A stretch of 64,000 nt of DNA from Acidobacteriota bacterium. Its GTDB lineage: Bacteria; Acidobacteriota; UBA6911. The translations under genes and the position numbers were made by a program. The notes below the pieces were generated by a model. That model was not told the origin of the DNA, ran no database searches, and worked only from the letters and a program-made list of their open reading frames with translations. Below are positions 45,316 to 55,711 of this stretch, piece by piece. The DNA lies in contig OY761556.1 in NCBI GenBank assembly GCA_963664705.1, positions 2,144,001 through 2,208,000 on the forward strand. Reading direction: 5' to 3'. Position 1 is the stretch's first letter. Each line of letters starts with the position of its first letter.

Positions 45316-46494
45316 ATGACAACGCAGAAGCTAACTGTTGGAATCCTAGCCACTTTGCCGGAGATTCGCGACTCGCTTATTGGCCACATGGAATCAACAC
45401 AGCTCGGTGTTCTCAAAGTCGCGGTAGACGAGTATTGCAGCATCGAGGATGACTATTCGACTCAGCGTTTTATCGAGGCCAAGCCGGATGTCATTTTGGT
45501 GGACATGCAGGATCCCAGGGCTGCCATCAAGGCTCTTTTCACGCTGCATTCCGTATTGCCGGAAAGCTGGCTCTATGCGTGCGGAGCTCTGAACGACCCT
45601 CAGCTTATCATTGAAACCATGCAGGCCGGAGCCCGGGAGTTCCTCCCCAAGCCGGTATCCGCGCGCAGCATTTCAATGGCGTTCAGCCGCTTTATTGATG
45701 AACGCGACCGCACCCGTGCGACCACTAAATCCCGCGGGAAAATATATACCATCACGTCCGCGAAGGGAGGAGCGGGAGCCACCTCGGTAGCCGTCAATCT
45801 TGCGATGACTCTCGCCGGATCCAAGGATCAAAAAGTAGCGATTCTCGACTTCAATAGCCCGGTAGGAGATGCGGCATCCTACCTCAACCTTAAGCCGCAG
45901 TTTTCTCTTACGGATGCCGTTGCATCCGCGGCGCGCCTTGACTCGATTCTGTTGGATACATTCATGACAAAGGAAGGAAATGTATCCCTTCTGCCCGGTC
46001 CCAAGCAATTCAAGGGAAATTCCCTTCCGCCGTCATCTATCGCAAAACTGCTTCGAATTGTAGCGGGAACATACGGGCACACCTTCATTGACATGCCGTC
46101 CTCACTCGACCAGGAGCTCATTCAGGTGACCGCGGATGTCAGCGAGGCGGTATTGGTTGTGATGACTCCGGAATTGCCCGCCATATGGAGAACGCATCGC
46201 CTCATTACGCTCCTTTCCGGCCTGGGCTGTGCGGATCGAATCAAGTTGATCTTAAACCGTGACAACAGCCGGGATGAGATCACCGATAAGGAAATTTCGC
46301 GTGCGCTTCATCACCCTGTGTATTTTCGGCTTCCTAACAATTACGCCTCCGCAATTCAGGCAGTCAATCAGGGTAAGCCTATTGTGGAAGTTAACCACTC
46401 CAATTTGGGATCCAGCTATCGGCAACTGACACAGGAATTGACCGGTGTGGCGACACAAAAGCCGCGGCGCGGCTTTGCCAGGCTTTTTCTCTGA
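45316..46494 (+). CDS. cpaE: CpaE/TadZ (receiver-like domain plus MinD-like ATPase)
   Basis: Atypical receiver domain (MQAGAREFL) and AKGGAGAT deviant Walker A. Confidence 0.9.
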   Translation: MTTQKLTVGILATLPEIRDSLIGHMESTQLGVLKVAVDEYCSIEDDYSTQRFIEAKPDVILVDMQDPRAAIKALFTLHSVLPESWLYACGALNDPQLIIETMQAGAREFLPKPVSARSISMAFSRFIDERDRTRATTKSRGKIYTITSAKGGAGATSVAVNLAMTLAGSKDQKVAILDFNSPVGDAASYLNLKPQFSLTDAVASAARLDSILLDTFMTKEGNVSLLPGPKQFKGNSLPPSSIAKLLRIVAGTYGHTFIDMPSSLDQELIQVTADVSEAVLVVMTPELPAIWRTHRLITLLSGLGCADRIKLILNRDNSRDEITDKEISRALHHPVYFRLPNNYASAIQAVNQGKPIVEVNHSNLGSSYRQLTQELTGVATQKPRRGFARLFL

Positions 46495-46505
46495 GGTGAT
46501 TTAAG

Positions 46506-47792
46506 ATGATTGACCAGGGGTATCTCGATCTCAAGGAAACACTCCACTCAAAGGTAATCAACGAAATTGATCTGGAAAGCCTGAATCGATTGCAGGAGGA
46601 TACTGCGCGCGAACAGTTGCGACGTGTAACGCTGGACCTCTTGCAGCGCGAGAAAACTCCTTTGACGATGACCGAGCGGGAAAAACTGGTCACCGAAATT
46701 CTTGACGAAGTTTTTGGGCTTGGGCCGCTGCAACCGCTTCTTGCCGACCCAACGCTGTCCGACATTCTTGTCAACGGCGCTCACGAAGTCTACGTAGAAC
46801 GCCGCGGGAAGCTTGAACGGGCGAGCATTCATTTCAATGACGATGACCATCTCATGCGTATTATCGACCGCATTGTCTCACGAGTGGGAAGACGAGTGGA
46901 CGAATCTTCGCCGATGGTCGATGCGCGCTTGCGTGATGGTTCCCGTGTCAATGTAATCATCCCTCCGCTTGCCCTCGACGGCCCCGTTCTGTCCATCCGC
47001 CGATTTGGTACAGATCCGTTAACAGCCATGGATATCATGGAAAACGGGACCCTGACCATGGAAATGCTGGATCTCATGAAGGCGTGCGTTCAGGGAAAGC
47101 TGAATCTACTGATCTCCGGCGGCACCGGCGCGGGCAAAACGACTCTGCTCAACGTGCTTTCCAGCTACATTCCTGAGGACGAGCGCATCATTACGATAGA
47201 AGATGCAGCTGAGCTTCAGCTAAAACAGGAACATGTGGTAAGACTGGAAACGCGCCCACCCAACATCGAGGGCAAGGGAGCGGTCCGACAGAGACAATTG
47301 GTCATTAATGCGCTGCGCATGAGACCCGATCGCATTGTCGTCGGCGAAGTTCGCGGTGAAGAGGCGGTCGACATGCTGCAGGCTATGAACACGGGCCATG
47401 AAGGTTCGCTGACCACCGTTCACGCCAATACGCCGCGCGATGCCTTGAGCAGAATAGAAACCATGGTCTCGATGGCAAACCTGAATTTGCCGGAAAAGGC
47501 CGCGCGACAGCAAATTGCATCGGCAATGAATCTCGTTGTGCAGATCTCGCGCCTGCCTGACGGCACGCGGAAGATTATCAGCATCGCGGAAATCACCGGG
47601 ATGGAGGGACCGATCATTACCATGCAGGAATTGTTTGTGTACGAACGTCAAGGCTTCGACGAAAATGGCAAGGTTCGCGGCAGATTCAAGCCCACCGGCA
47701 TACGGCCCAAATTTGCCGAAAAGTTGTTTGCTGCCGGCATCCGGCTTCCAATGGAAATGTTTGCGGCAGAATCGATGGTTCGAGTACGATAG
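46506..47792 (+). CDS. cpaF: Tad ATPase CpaF/TadA
   Basis: [42 protein letters not shown]. Confidence 0.96.
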   Translation: MIDQGYLDLKETLHSKVINEIDLESLNRLQEDTAREQLRRVTLDLLQREKTPLTMTEREKLVTEILDEVFGLGPLQPLLADPTLSDILVNGAHEVYVERRGKLERASIHFNDDDHLMRIIDRIVSRVGRRVDESSPMVDARLRDGSRVNVIIPPLALDGPVLSIRRFGTDPLTAMDIMENGTLTMEMLDLMKACVQGKLNLLISGGTGAGKTTLLNVLSSYIPEDERIITIEDAAELQLKQEHVVRLETRPPNIEGKGAVRQRQLVINALRMRPDRIVVGEVRGEEAVDMLQAMNTGHEGSLTTVHANTPRDALSRIETMVSMANLNLPEKAARQQIASAMNLVVQISRLPDGTRKIISIAEITGMEGPIITMQELFVYERQGFDENGKVRGRFKPTGIRPKFAEKLFAAGIRLPMEMFAAESMVRVR

Positions 47793-47812
47793 CAGCAATT
47801 TAAGGGGTTTTT

Positions 47813-48787
47813 ATGAACCTTGTAATTGTCTCGGCTTTGATTTTTATTGTTACGCTGGCTCTGGTGCTGAGCGGAATCTATTTTCTTTTTGAGGCTCCCG
47901 CTGAAAAGAGAAGATTGCGCCGCCGCATGGAATTGGTAAGAGACGATATCGAAGGCGCGGATTTTGAGGGAGAGGGCGGCCTGCTGCGGACTGATGTCCT
48001 CAGCGGAATTCCTGCCGTTCACCGGGTCCTGATGAAGATCCCGGGCATCAGAAAGCTCCAGTTGTTTATCCAGCAATCCGCCGTAGCCGTAACGGCAGGA
48101 ATGCTGCTGACAATTTCGCTATTATCCGGATGGGTAGCATTTCTCCTATCTCTACTCTTCAATTTCCCATGGCTTCTGGCTCTGATGCTTGGATTGCTGG
48201 CTCTTTCGATTCCGTTCCTTCTCGTGGCAGTCAAACGGCAGAGGCGATTCCTGCGCTTTGAAGAGCAATTTCCCGATGCAATCGACCTGCTGGCGCGAGC
48301 TGTTCGAGCGGGTCACGCATTCACCACCGGGCTCGACCTCATAGCAAAAGAAATGCCCTCCCCGCTTTCCGAGGAATTTCAGAGGACCTATGAGGAGCAA
48401 AACCTGGGGCTTCCCCTCCGGGATGCTTTTGAAAACCTCACACGACGGATGCCCCTGACCGACGTACGAATCTTTGTCACTGCGCTGGTTATCCAAAAGG
48501 AATCGGGGGGAAACCTGGCTGAAATCCTGGACAACCTGGCTTCGGTTATACGGGAACGATTCAAACTATTTCGTCAGGTTCGGGTGCACACAGCCCAGGG
48601 ACGCGCCTCTCTGTATGTACTTACGGCAATTGGTCCCGCAATGTGTTTTCTGCTTTATATCGTCAACCGTGAGTACATTACGGTCCTGTTTACCGATCCG
48701 CTTGGAATCAAGTTTCTGGTAACGGCTATTCTGCTTCAGGTAGTCGGATATTTTGTGATCCGGAAAATTACTCAGCCGAAATTTTAG
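47813..48787 (+). CDS. tadB: TadB inner-membrane platform protein
   Basis: FEEQFPDAIDLLARAVRAGH, ESGGNLAEIL, RERFK. Confidence 0.92.
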   Translation: MNLVIVSALIFIVTLALVLSGIYFLFEAPAEKRRLRRRMELVRDDIEGADFEGEGGLLRTDVLSGIPAVHRVLMKIPGIRKLQLFIQQSAVAVTAGMLLTISLLSGWVAFLLSLLFNFPWLLALMLGLLALSIPFLLVAVKRQRRFLRFEEQFPDAIDLLARAVRAGHAFTTGLDLIAKEMPSPLSEEFQRTYEEQNLGLPLRDAFENLTRRMPLTDVRIFVTALVIQKESGGNLAEILDNLASVIRERFKLFRQVRVHTAQGRASLYVLTAIGPAMCFLLYIVNREYITVLFTDPLGIKFLVTAILLQVVGYFVIRKITQPKF

Positions 48788-48798
48788 GGGCTTGCACA

Positions 48799-49713
48799 AT
48801 GTATTTGACATGGATAATCGCTATCGCCGGAGCTCTGGTTTTCCTGGCCCTTTATCTCGCGGGCTACGCCTTATTTATGGCCCGGCCGAATATCGAGGAT
48901 CGGCTGAAGGGAAGCAGTCTTGCGAAACAGCGGCGGTTCGACTGGCTCAAGTTCATGCGGCGCTCGGAAAAAGTCCTGCGGCCTCTTGGAGAAATGATTC
49001 CGCGTTCCCCCGAAGAGATGTCCAGGCAAGAGCGGAAACTCACACAGGCAGGGATTCGAAGAAGAGATGCCCCCCTGCTGCTCTATGGAGTCAAGCTGAC
49101 CCTGATCGTACTGATGTTTATAGTATTTGCATCCATTGGCCCTGTGCGCTCCAACATTTTACTCCTGATTGTATTGCCCATATTTATCGGAGCGCTGATT
49201 CCCGATATGGTTGTGTCGCGCCTTGTTCAAGGTAGAAAAGAGAGTCTTCGTAGGGCGCTCCCGGATGCTCTGGATCTTGCCGTAGTATGCGTGGAAGCCG
49301 GACTCGGTTTAGATCAATCCATGGTGCGGATTGGACAGGAGCTTCGGACCGTATACCCTTCTCTGAGCGACGAATTGAACCTCTATAGTCTGGAGGTGAA
49401 CGCCGGCAAGAAACGCAGTGATGCCCTTCGCAACCTGGGCCAGCGCACCGACGTAGACGACTTCAAGTCTTTTGCAGCCGTGCTTATTCAGACCGATCGC
49501 TTTGGCACCAGCATCGCCCAGGCACTGAGAGTTTTCGCCGATACGATGCGCACCAAGCGAAGACAGCGGGCTGAAGAGCATGCGGCAAAAATGAGTGTGA
49601 AACTGATTCCGCCGCTGGTGTTATTCATCTTCCCTGCCATTTTTGTTGTTATGCTTGGTCCGGCCGTAATAGCAATAATCCGTGATCTTTTACCCTGGAT
49701 TTCGCAGCAATAA
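48799..49713 (+). CDS. tadC: TadC inner-membrane platform protein
   Basis: LPDALDL..CVEAGLGLDQ, QTDRFGTSIAQALR, RAEE.AAK, FIFP. Confidence 0.92.
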   Translation: MYLTWIIAIAGALVFLALYLAGYALFMARPNIEDRLKGSSLAKQRRFDWLKFMRRSEKVLRPLGEMIPRSPEEMSRQERKLTQAGIRRRDAPLLLYGVKLTLIVLMFIVFASIGPVRSNILLLIVLPIFIGALIPDMVVSRLVQGRKESLRRALPDALDLAVVCVEAGLGLDQSMVRIGQELRTVYPSLSDELNLYSLEVNAGKKRSDALRNLGQRTDVDDFKSFAAVLIQTDRFGTSIAQALRVFADTMRTKRRQRAEEHAAKMSVKLIPPLVLFIFPAIFVVMLGPAVIAIIRDLLPWISQQ

Positions 49714-49730
49714 CCTTAGGAGCCTTATCT

Positions 49731-49823
49731 ATGGACACAATTCAGATTATCGCAGCCGTTCTTTTTGTGATCATTCTCATTACGCTCATTTTTAGAATCC
49801 GATCCAGAAAAAGTAAGTCCTAG
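49731..49823 (+). CDS. Small single-pass membrane protein (30 aa)
   Basis: Not in the ORF track. AGGAG RBS; MDTIQIIAAVLFVIILITLIFRIRSRKSKS fills the tadC-DUF192 gap. Confidence 0.65.
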   Translation: MDTIQIIAAVLFVIILITLIFRIRSRKSKS

Positions 49824-49833
49824 GGAAACTTGT

Positions 49834-50223
49834 GTGCCGGCAAGGTACCTGGCGATAAATAAAACTCAATGCGTTTGTCTTGCTTCAGAGGTGGAAGTGG
49901 CAGAATCCATCTTCCAACGCATGAAGGGACTAATCGGTCGTACAGCAGGGCAATTTCCAGCGGGATCCGGCTTGTGGATTTTGCCCTGCAACGGGATTCA
50001 TACGGTAGCAATGAAGTTTCCGATTGACGCGGCTTACCTGGATTCACAAGGCCGCGTTGTGAGGCTTTGCAGGAATCTATCGCCCTATCGTATCGCCGCG
50101 ATTTCCTTCCGGACACGGAGCGTGCTGGAGCTTCCGGCCGGGACGCTGGATGAGAGCAATACGAAGATCGGCGATTCCATTGAGTTTCAACCTGTCGCCA
50201 AACCACAGGAGCCCCCAAAATGA
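49834..50223 (+). CDS. DUF192 family protein
   Basis: AESIFQRMKGLIGR, GLWI.PCNGIHT.AMKFPID, VLELPAG. Confidence 0.88.
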   Translation: MPARYLAINKTQCVCLASEVEVAESIFQRMKGLIGRTAGQFPAGSGLWILPCNGIHTVAMKFPIDAAYLDSQGRVVRLCRNLSPYRIAAISFRTRSVLELPAGTLDESNTKIGDSIEFQPVAKPQEPPK

Positions 50224-50492
50224 ATCCTATCGATATAATCCTGTCGGTACTGGTGGCGGTGGTTTGCGGAACACTTGGAGAACTGACCTACTCTCGCGCA
50301 GGTTGGATTATAAATGTCAGTATTGCTTTTCTGGGAGCACTTGCGGGAATGGCGGTCGCTCGGTCATTCAACGCTCCAACCATCTACAATATAACTGCGC
50401 AAGGGTCGGAATTCCCGATCATCTATTCACTTATCGGATCCGTACTTTTCGTGGCCGCCATAGGCTTTTTTATAAGGCCACGCCCCTCATAA
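50220..50492 (+). CDS. GlsB/YeaQ/YmgE (transglycosylase-associated)-like small membrane protein
   Basis: Three hydrophobic segments; GWIINVSIAFLGALAG, SLIGSVLFV. Confidence 0.7.
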   Translation: MNPIDIILSVLVAVVCGTLGELTYSRAGWIINVSIAFLGALAGMAVARSFNAPTIYNITAQGSEFPIIYSLIGSVLFVAAIGFFIRPRPS

Positions 50493-50540
50493 CCAATAAT
50501 CCGGTGCAAACATTCCTTCGCCATCCATGGGAGCAAAAAA

Positions 50541-51818
50541 GTGGGAACACCAGGTGGAGAAATCAGGCAGTTATTCAGCGATGAAACCTTTTCACCAACA
50601 ATGCCGGAGCTCCTCGAAGACACAGGACTCGATTTCGGTTTTCTTGCCGATCTCACGCTGAAGATTATCTCCTCGGACGCAAACTGCACATCCGAAAGAG
50701 TTTCCGAAAAGATCAAGCTCCCCATGGGAATCACGGAGAGGTTGACGCATCACCTTTATAAGGAAAAATACATCGAGATTCGAGAACGGTCGGGAATGCA
50801 GTCGCAACGGTATTCCATATTGGACCGTGGCTGGGAGCGAGCACAGCGCCTGGTCACGGTTAACGGATATGTCGGCCCGGCTCCGGTAAATCTCGCGGAC
50901 TATTCGGCGGCAGTCCGGTGGATGGATAAACGCACCCGAACGCATCCCTCCGCCGTGATGCAAGCCTATTCGGATCTGGTTTTATCGGATCGTGAACTGG
51001 AAACGCTCGGGCTCATTGTGGACTCCCGACGAAGCTTGTTTCTAACGGGACCGCCGGGCAGCGGCAAAACAACTGCGGCAAAAGCCCTCCATGCGGCATT
51101 GCAGGGAGAAATCTGGATTCCCTATGCGCTGGAGGTTGACGGACACATCATACGTGTTTTCGATTTGCACCTGCATCGCCCTGTCGAGCAGCCAGGCGGC
51201 CGTTACGATAAACGCTGGGTAAAGGTGCGCCGTCCACTGGTCATTGTCGGGGGAGAATTGACCCTGGAATCCATGGACCTCATCTACGCGGGCAACCTGA
51301 ATTTCTATGAAGCTCCCTTTCAGGTAAAGGCAAACGGTGGAGTCTTGATTATTGATGATTTCGGCCGACAACGTATGGAACCCCACGACCTCTTGAATCG
51401 ATGGATTATCCCGCTTGAAAACCACGTGGATTATCTGACGCTTCATACCGGCAAGAAGATAGAAGTCCCCTTCGAACAACTATTGGTATTTGCCACCAAT
51501 TTGAATACTAAAGACCTTGTGGACGAGGCTTTCCTGAGGAGGATGGGCTACCGACTCGCATTCACAACTCCCTCGGCGAACACCTACTCGCTTATACTGA
51601 AAAAATACCTGGCTTCGCAGCAGCTCGAATACAAACCGGAAATTTTATCCTTCCTGCTGAATCGCTATGAAGGGGAGAAGCGGGAAATGAAGTCTTGTGA
51701 GCCCAGAGACCTGACCGAGCGATGCCTGGACATCTGCAAATACGAAAATCTACCCAGGGAAATCACGATTGATATTATGGAACGTGCCTGGTGCAATTAT
51801 TTTGGCATTGCTACTTAA
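50541..51818 (+). CDS. AAA+ ATPase with N-terminal winged-helix-like region
   Basis: EDTGL, YVGPAPV, GPPGSGKT, GGEL, KANGGVLIIDDFGRQ, DEAFLRR. Confidence 0.85.
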   Translation: MGTPGGEIRQLFSDETFSPTMPELLEDTGLDFGFLADLTLKIISSDANCTSERVSEKIKLPMGITERLTHHLYKEKYIEIRERSGMQSQRYSILDRGWERAQRLVTVNGYVGPAPVNLADYSAAVRWMDKRTRTHPSAVMQAYSDLVLSDRELETLGLIVDSRRSLFLTGPPGSGKTTAAKALHAALQGEIWIPYALEVDGHIIRVFDLHLHRPVEQPGGRYDKRWVKVRRPLVIVGGELTLESMDLIYAGNLNFYEAPFQVKANGGVLIIDDFGRQRMEPHDLLNRWIIPLENHVDYLTLHTGKKIEVPFEQLLVFATNLNTKDLVDEAFLRRMGYRLAFTTPSANTYSLILKKYLASQQLEYKPEILSFLLNRYEGEKREMKSCEPRDLTERCLDICKYENLPREITIDIMERAWCNYFGIAT

Positions 51819-51886
51819 TAACAAGTGAGTAGCTGAGAAAGATCCTGCCCAGTTATTTCGCCCTCTCAGCTAAAAGATTGCAATCT

Positions 51887-53167
51887 CTATTTTACAAGGA
51901 CTGGAATCTTAGCCAGGATTCCGTAATTTTGGCCGCCCGAAACGCCTGTCGGTTCATGGACAGAACAGGATGGAAGGAAATAGATGGTCCTGGTTTCGTA
52001 CGTGGCGGCATTGCCATCAACGGTTTGCAGATTAAAAAAGCTGACAAAGCTGCTCCAATTCTGGACACGAGTGTTACCGGCGGTAGGATACCAAGTCCCT
52101 TTTGCTGTTGGTCCCATCGACACCGGAGGAAAATCCTCTTTTTCAAGCTCCTTTTCTGTGTTGGATGCCTTGTCCGATATCCATAATATATCGAGATTCA
52201 CAGCTCCCAACACAGTCGCACAATTACCAGGATTGTTTCCCGGACAATCAATTACAGGTAGCGTCATATTCCAAGGCGTCGTTCTCGTACTAGGACCGAA
52301 GCAAGTTCTAAGCGCATCATGCAGATTAGATATTTCTCCTCCCGTGGCACCGATACCCATTCCAAAAATTATTGGCTGAGGATTGCCGGTTGAACAGATT
52401 AATGGGTTCACTGAGGGCGGGTTGGCTTGTTCGCAGGGATCCTGGGTAAAATTGGACCAAGCCGATGTATTGTGGGTGGCGGCATTACCACCACTGTTAG
52501 ACATTCGGCCAACGTTGCATGTGTAATTTCCAGATAAATCCATTATGGACTGCTTGCAGATAGCGATTGGCTGATCAACTTCCTGTGGGTTTATCTTCCC
52601 GGCAAATCCCAGATAAGCTACCGATTCCGCAGTCACGCTAAAACCCGCAAATCCAAGCACCTTGGCAAAAAAGGACTTGGCCTGAGTGCTATCCCTCCGC
52701 GTTTTAACCCTGACTGCGTTGATAAAATTTGGGTCACTATCCAACACCGAATTTGCGGTATTCCATAGGCTTGGTGGTGTTAGCGAAGCATTTGGAGTGA
52801 ACGTCTTAGTTGAGAAACTCCAATGTCCTCTTTGAACATCACCCGAATTTGAGAGCGGTGAATTCACTTCGACCATTACGCGATCGCTATTATTGGTGGT
52901 AGCAGCATCAAAGGCAAATTGATTGGCGTTTATGTTTACTGTAGAGCCAGGCGTAACTCCGCTGCCCATGCAATCGTAGAGACATCTAGCGCCTGCGAGA
53001 GCACCCGCATCCGAAGCATTGTGAAGCTCATTTCTCACGACATACAGGTGCGCAATGTCCACCGCCATAGCGGTAACCGCAACGAAACCAAAAATAAGCA
53101 ACGCTATTATCACAAGCGTCACTCCATGTTCCTTCAAAAGGATGCGCCTTGCCTCCAGGGATTTCAT
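51887..53167 (-). CDS. tadG: TadG-like minor pilin/adhesin
   Basis: EHG|VTLV leader plus transmembrane helix, AVDIAHLY, ELHNASDAGALAGA; Cys-rich C-terminus. Confidence 0.85.
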   Translation of the reverse strand: MKSLEARRILLKEHGVTLVIIALLIFGFVAVTAMAVDIAHLYVVRNELHNASDAGALAGARCLYDCMGSGVTPGSTVNINANQFAFDAATTNNSDRVMVEVNSPLSNSGDVQRGHWSFSTKTFTPNASLTPPSLWNTANSVLDSDPNFINAVRVKTRRDSTQAKSFFAKVLGFAGFSVTAESVAYLGFAGKINPQEVDQPIAICKQSIMDLSGNYTCNVGRMSNSGGNAATHNTSAWSNFTQDPCEQANPPSVNPLICSTGNPQPIIFGMGIGATGGEISNLHDALRTCFGPSTRTTPWNMTLPVIDCPGNNPGNCATVLGAVNLDILWISDKASNTEKELEKEDFPPVSMGPTAKGTWYPTAGNTRVQNWSSFVSFFNLQTVDGNAATYETRTIYFLPSCSVHEPTGVSGGQNYGILAKIPVLVK

Positions 53168-53635
53168 TTATTCCAGCCTCATGGTTGTTTTTGCGCCAAT
53201 AGTTATGGTATCGGTCCACCCCACAAATCTTCCAAAGGCAAGGTATCGGTATACATAGCTAACCTTTACCTCCACTGTTCCACCAGTGGCATTGTATTCA
53301 GGATGGGCGGGATCGCCGGGGCTCCCTCCAGTCCTGGTTGCCGTAGTAGTAACCGTAGCTGCACCACCAAAGCTAACCAGCTTTGACTGCAGATACTTGG
53401 TCACCGCCAGAGATGCTGCGGTTTGCATATCGGCTGCAGACCAATAGCTACCCGAGATGTTGGTGGAATAGGTCATTCCGGCTCTGGCACCTTCGCGGCT
53501 GGCATTGGTAACCATTGCTTGATCATAAAAGAGAATCCCAAAATCAAGAAGACCAAGCAAGAGGACACACAAAAATGGCAGCACTAACGCCAATTCGATG
53601 GCAGCCTGTCCCCTGTTTCCACCATTTCGTTTCAT
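53168..53635 (-). CDS. tadE: TadE-like minor pilin
   Basis: RG|QAAIELALVLP, ASREGARAG. Confidence 0.9.
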   Translation of the reverse strand: MKRNGGNRGQAAIELALVLPFLCVLLLGLLDFGILFYDQAMVTNASREGARAGMTYSTNISGSYWSAADMQTAASLAVTKYLQSKLVSFGGAATVTTTATRTGGSPGDPAHPEYNATGGTVEVKVSYVYRYLAFGRFVGWTDTITIGAKTTMRLE

Positions 53636-53668
53636 CGCTCTTTATCCGTAGCCAAATCAAACAAAAGG

Positions 53669-54151
53669 CTATTCCATTCTCATGATTGTTTTTGTTGATA
53701 GAGGTACTGCACCACCACTAATCGCCGTGAAAGCCGGCAAAACAAGAAATCTGTAACTGAAGCTTACTTGAACCCTAACTTTTGCATTGTCATTATGTTG
53801 CGATGGCGGCGAGGTTACCCACGTAGTACCTCCATCCGTAGACCATGTTGTAACTACATCTGTGGCTGCATTGAAGTGAGTCCCAAATGTTATAAGCCGG
53901 TTTTGGAGATAGCTGTTCACCGCTGATCGCACTTCCGCTGCTGTTAATGCAGCATACCCAAATGTCGCCGAGTCAGCTCTGAAAACCGCACCCGCTCGAG
54001 CTCCCTCCCTGCTTGCTCTCGTAATCATGCTTTTGTCATACATGATGAAGCTGAATTCGATAATTCCAAAGATTAGTACAAGAAGTATTATTGCGGTCAA
54101 TGCAAACTCAACCAACGTTTGACCGCGCTCTGAACTTGTCACCTTAAACAT
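53669..54151 (-). CDS. tadE: TadE/TadF-like minor pilin
   Basis: RG|QTLVEFAL, ASREGARAG; ends MRME. Confidence 0.9.
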   Translation of the reverse strand: MFKVTSSERGQTLVEFALTAIILLVLIFGIIEFSFIMYDKSMITRASREGARAGAVFRADSATFGYAALTAAEVRSAVNSYLQNRLITFGTHFNAATDVVTTWSTDGGTTWVTSPPSQHNDNAKVRVQVSFSYRFLVLPAFTAISGGAVPLSTKTIMRME

Positions 54152-54332
54152 TTGCGCTGCTCTCTCGTGAGGATCGGAGACTCAATTCAAACGATGCCCT
54201 TGGGATGAGATCCTCACAAGACCATCGTTGCTTTCCGGAAGAATACTCATTCTATATTATATATCGGTCTTAACTCCCATTTGAATTAAATTCAGTAGGA
54301 AATGATCAATTCCTTACGAAATGGTTACCTAT

Positions 54333-55314
54333 TCAAAAATAAAAGCAAATCTCCGGGACGATGCCCGTAGGGGTATATAAACAGCGTCCAAATTTCCTCT
54401 GGTAATCATTCCGCAATAGATTAACTCGGGCTTGAATGACCGCAGGATCATCGGATAAATGATATGAGGAAATCGCCATTCGCGGTCGATGTTTTCTAAT
54501 TGTCTCGATAGCGCCTGTTAACGCTTCCCGTTCAGACCCCTCGATGTCCATTTTGATAAAATCTATTCTTTTGAGCCCTAACTCGCGCACCATCTTGTCA
54601 ATTGTGGTTAGTGGCAGCTTGTTGGTTCGAGAACTGGATCGGTCCATGACGAAGCTGTCGGCCGAATTATTATTGGGATCAATACTCATATCGAGAGTAT
54701 CCTCTTTGCTCCAAATACCCTTTGGGTAAATTATTACCTTACCCTTGTCAATTTCCTTGGCCAAATTTCTACTTAAACACTCAAGGAGCGGTTGGCATTG
54801 GTTCTACCGCAATAACAATGGATGCGCCAAGATCTAAAGCGTGTCGGGTAAAAACGCCAATATTTGCCCCCCCATCAATGACAACATCCCCTGTCCTGAT
54901 CTTGGCAAGGGGATGGTCGTAAATTCCAAATTCCTGTTCTGCGAGCATGTGAGCAACATCTGCAAGGTTATCTCCCCGAATAGTCCATAGCTGTGAGCCA
55001 TTAATATTTAGCAAATCAATGTCAAAAACTGAGTCTGAAGTTACTTGAACGATGGCTTTCTGCAGAAATTTGGTCCGGTCTAGCAAAGGCTGATAATTTC
55101 GAAGACTGAAAACACTTTCTGCGGACGAGCAATAGTTGTGCTGCCCGCTAAAGCGCATCTGCGCCATCCTTATGCACCCCCAGATTTCAAACCTAAGAAA
55201 GAACATGGCGATGCAAAAAGCGATGGTCACTAGCAAGCCAGGCTTTACGCGTATCGTTCTCCAGCAGAATCTACAGTGCATGATACCCTCCCTTCGCAGG
55301 CTGTTTGTTATCAA
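54333..55314 (-). pseudogene. FkbM-family methyltransferase split by a 1-nt frameshift
   Basis: The 5' ORF has IDGGANIGVF...AVEP and the 3' ORF has IDFIKMDIEGSE. Removing one C near 54785 gives continuous EPMPTALECLSRNLAKEIDKG. Confidence 0.8.
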
Positions 55315-55711
55315 ACACCGCTCACTCCACTAGTCTTTTCCATATCATTCGGAAACAAATTCAGATCCTGGACAGAGTTGCTAAGCCGGTCCCTCAGCCT
55401 CCACGCCGATATCCACTCTACCAGGCGCTATCGATTCCATGGACATCAAATAGAAAAATGGAAAACCTGCCAAATTGAGGATATGAATACCTGTCTCTCT
55501 ATGCGATAGATATTCTAAAACTATTACGCTCAACCCAGATCGAAAAACTCTGCAGGTTTGGATTTAGCAAGCGCGCGAAGTCCGGATCTCTCGCGGCACA
55601 GAAATCATGCTCGAAATCACAGTAGAACTGAAACATGTTCCCGAGATCTTCCGCGCCCGGAAAGCCCAGCCCACGATAAACAAATTATAGTTACTCCGTC
55701 CAGTGGCCCTG

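Noticed and set aside
54781-54783. Selenocysteine or readthrough at the fkbM TGA
   Set aside because: The homologous sequence continues in a different frame and the same frame hits TAG a few codons later, so this is a frameshift.
55400-55690. Degraded gene between fkbM and vapC
   Set aside because: One plus-strand frame looks protein-like but has several stops and no family I can assign.
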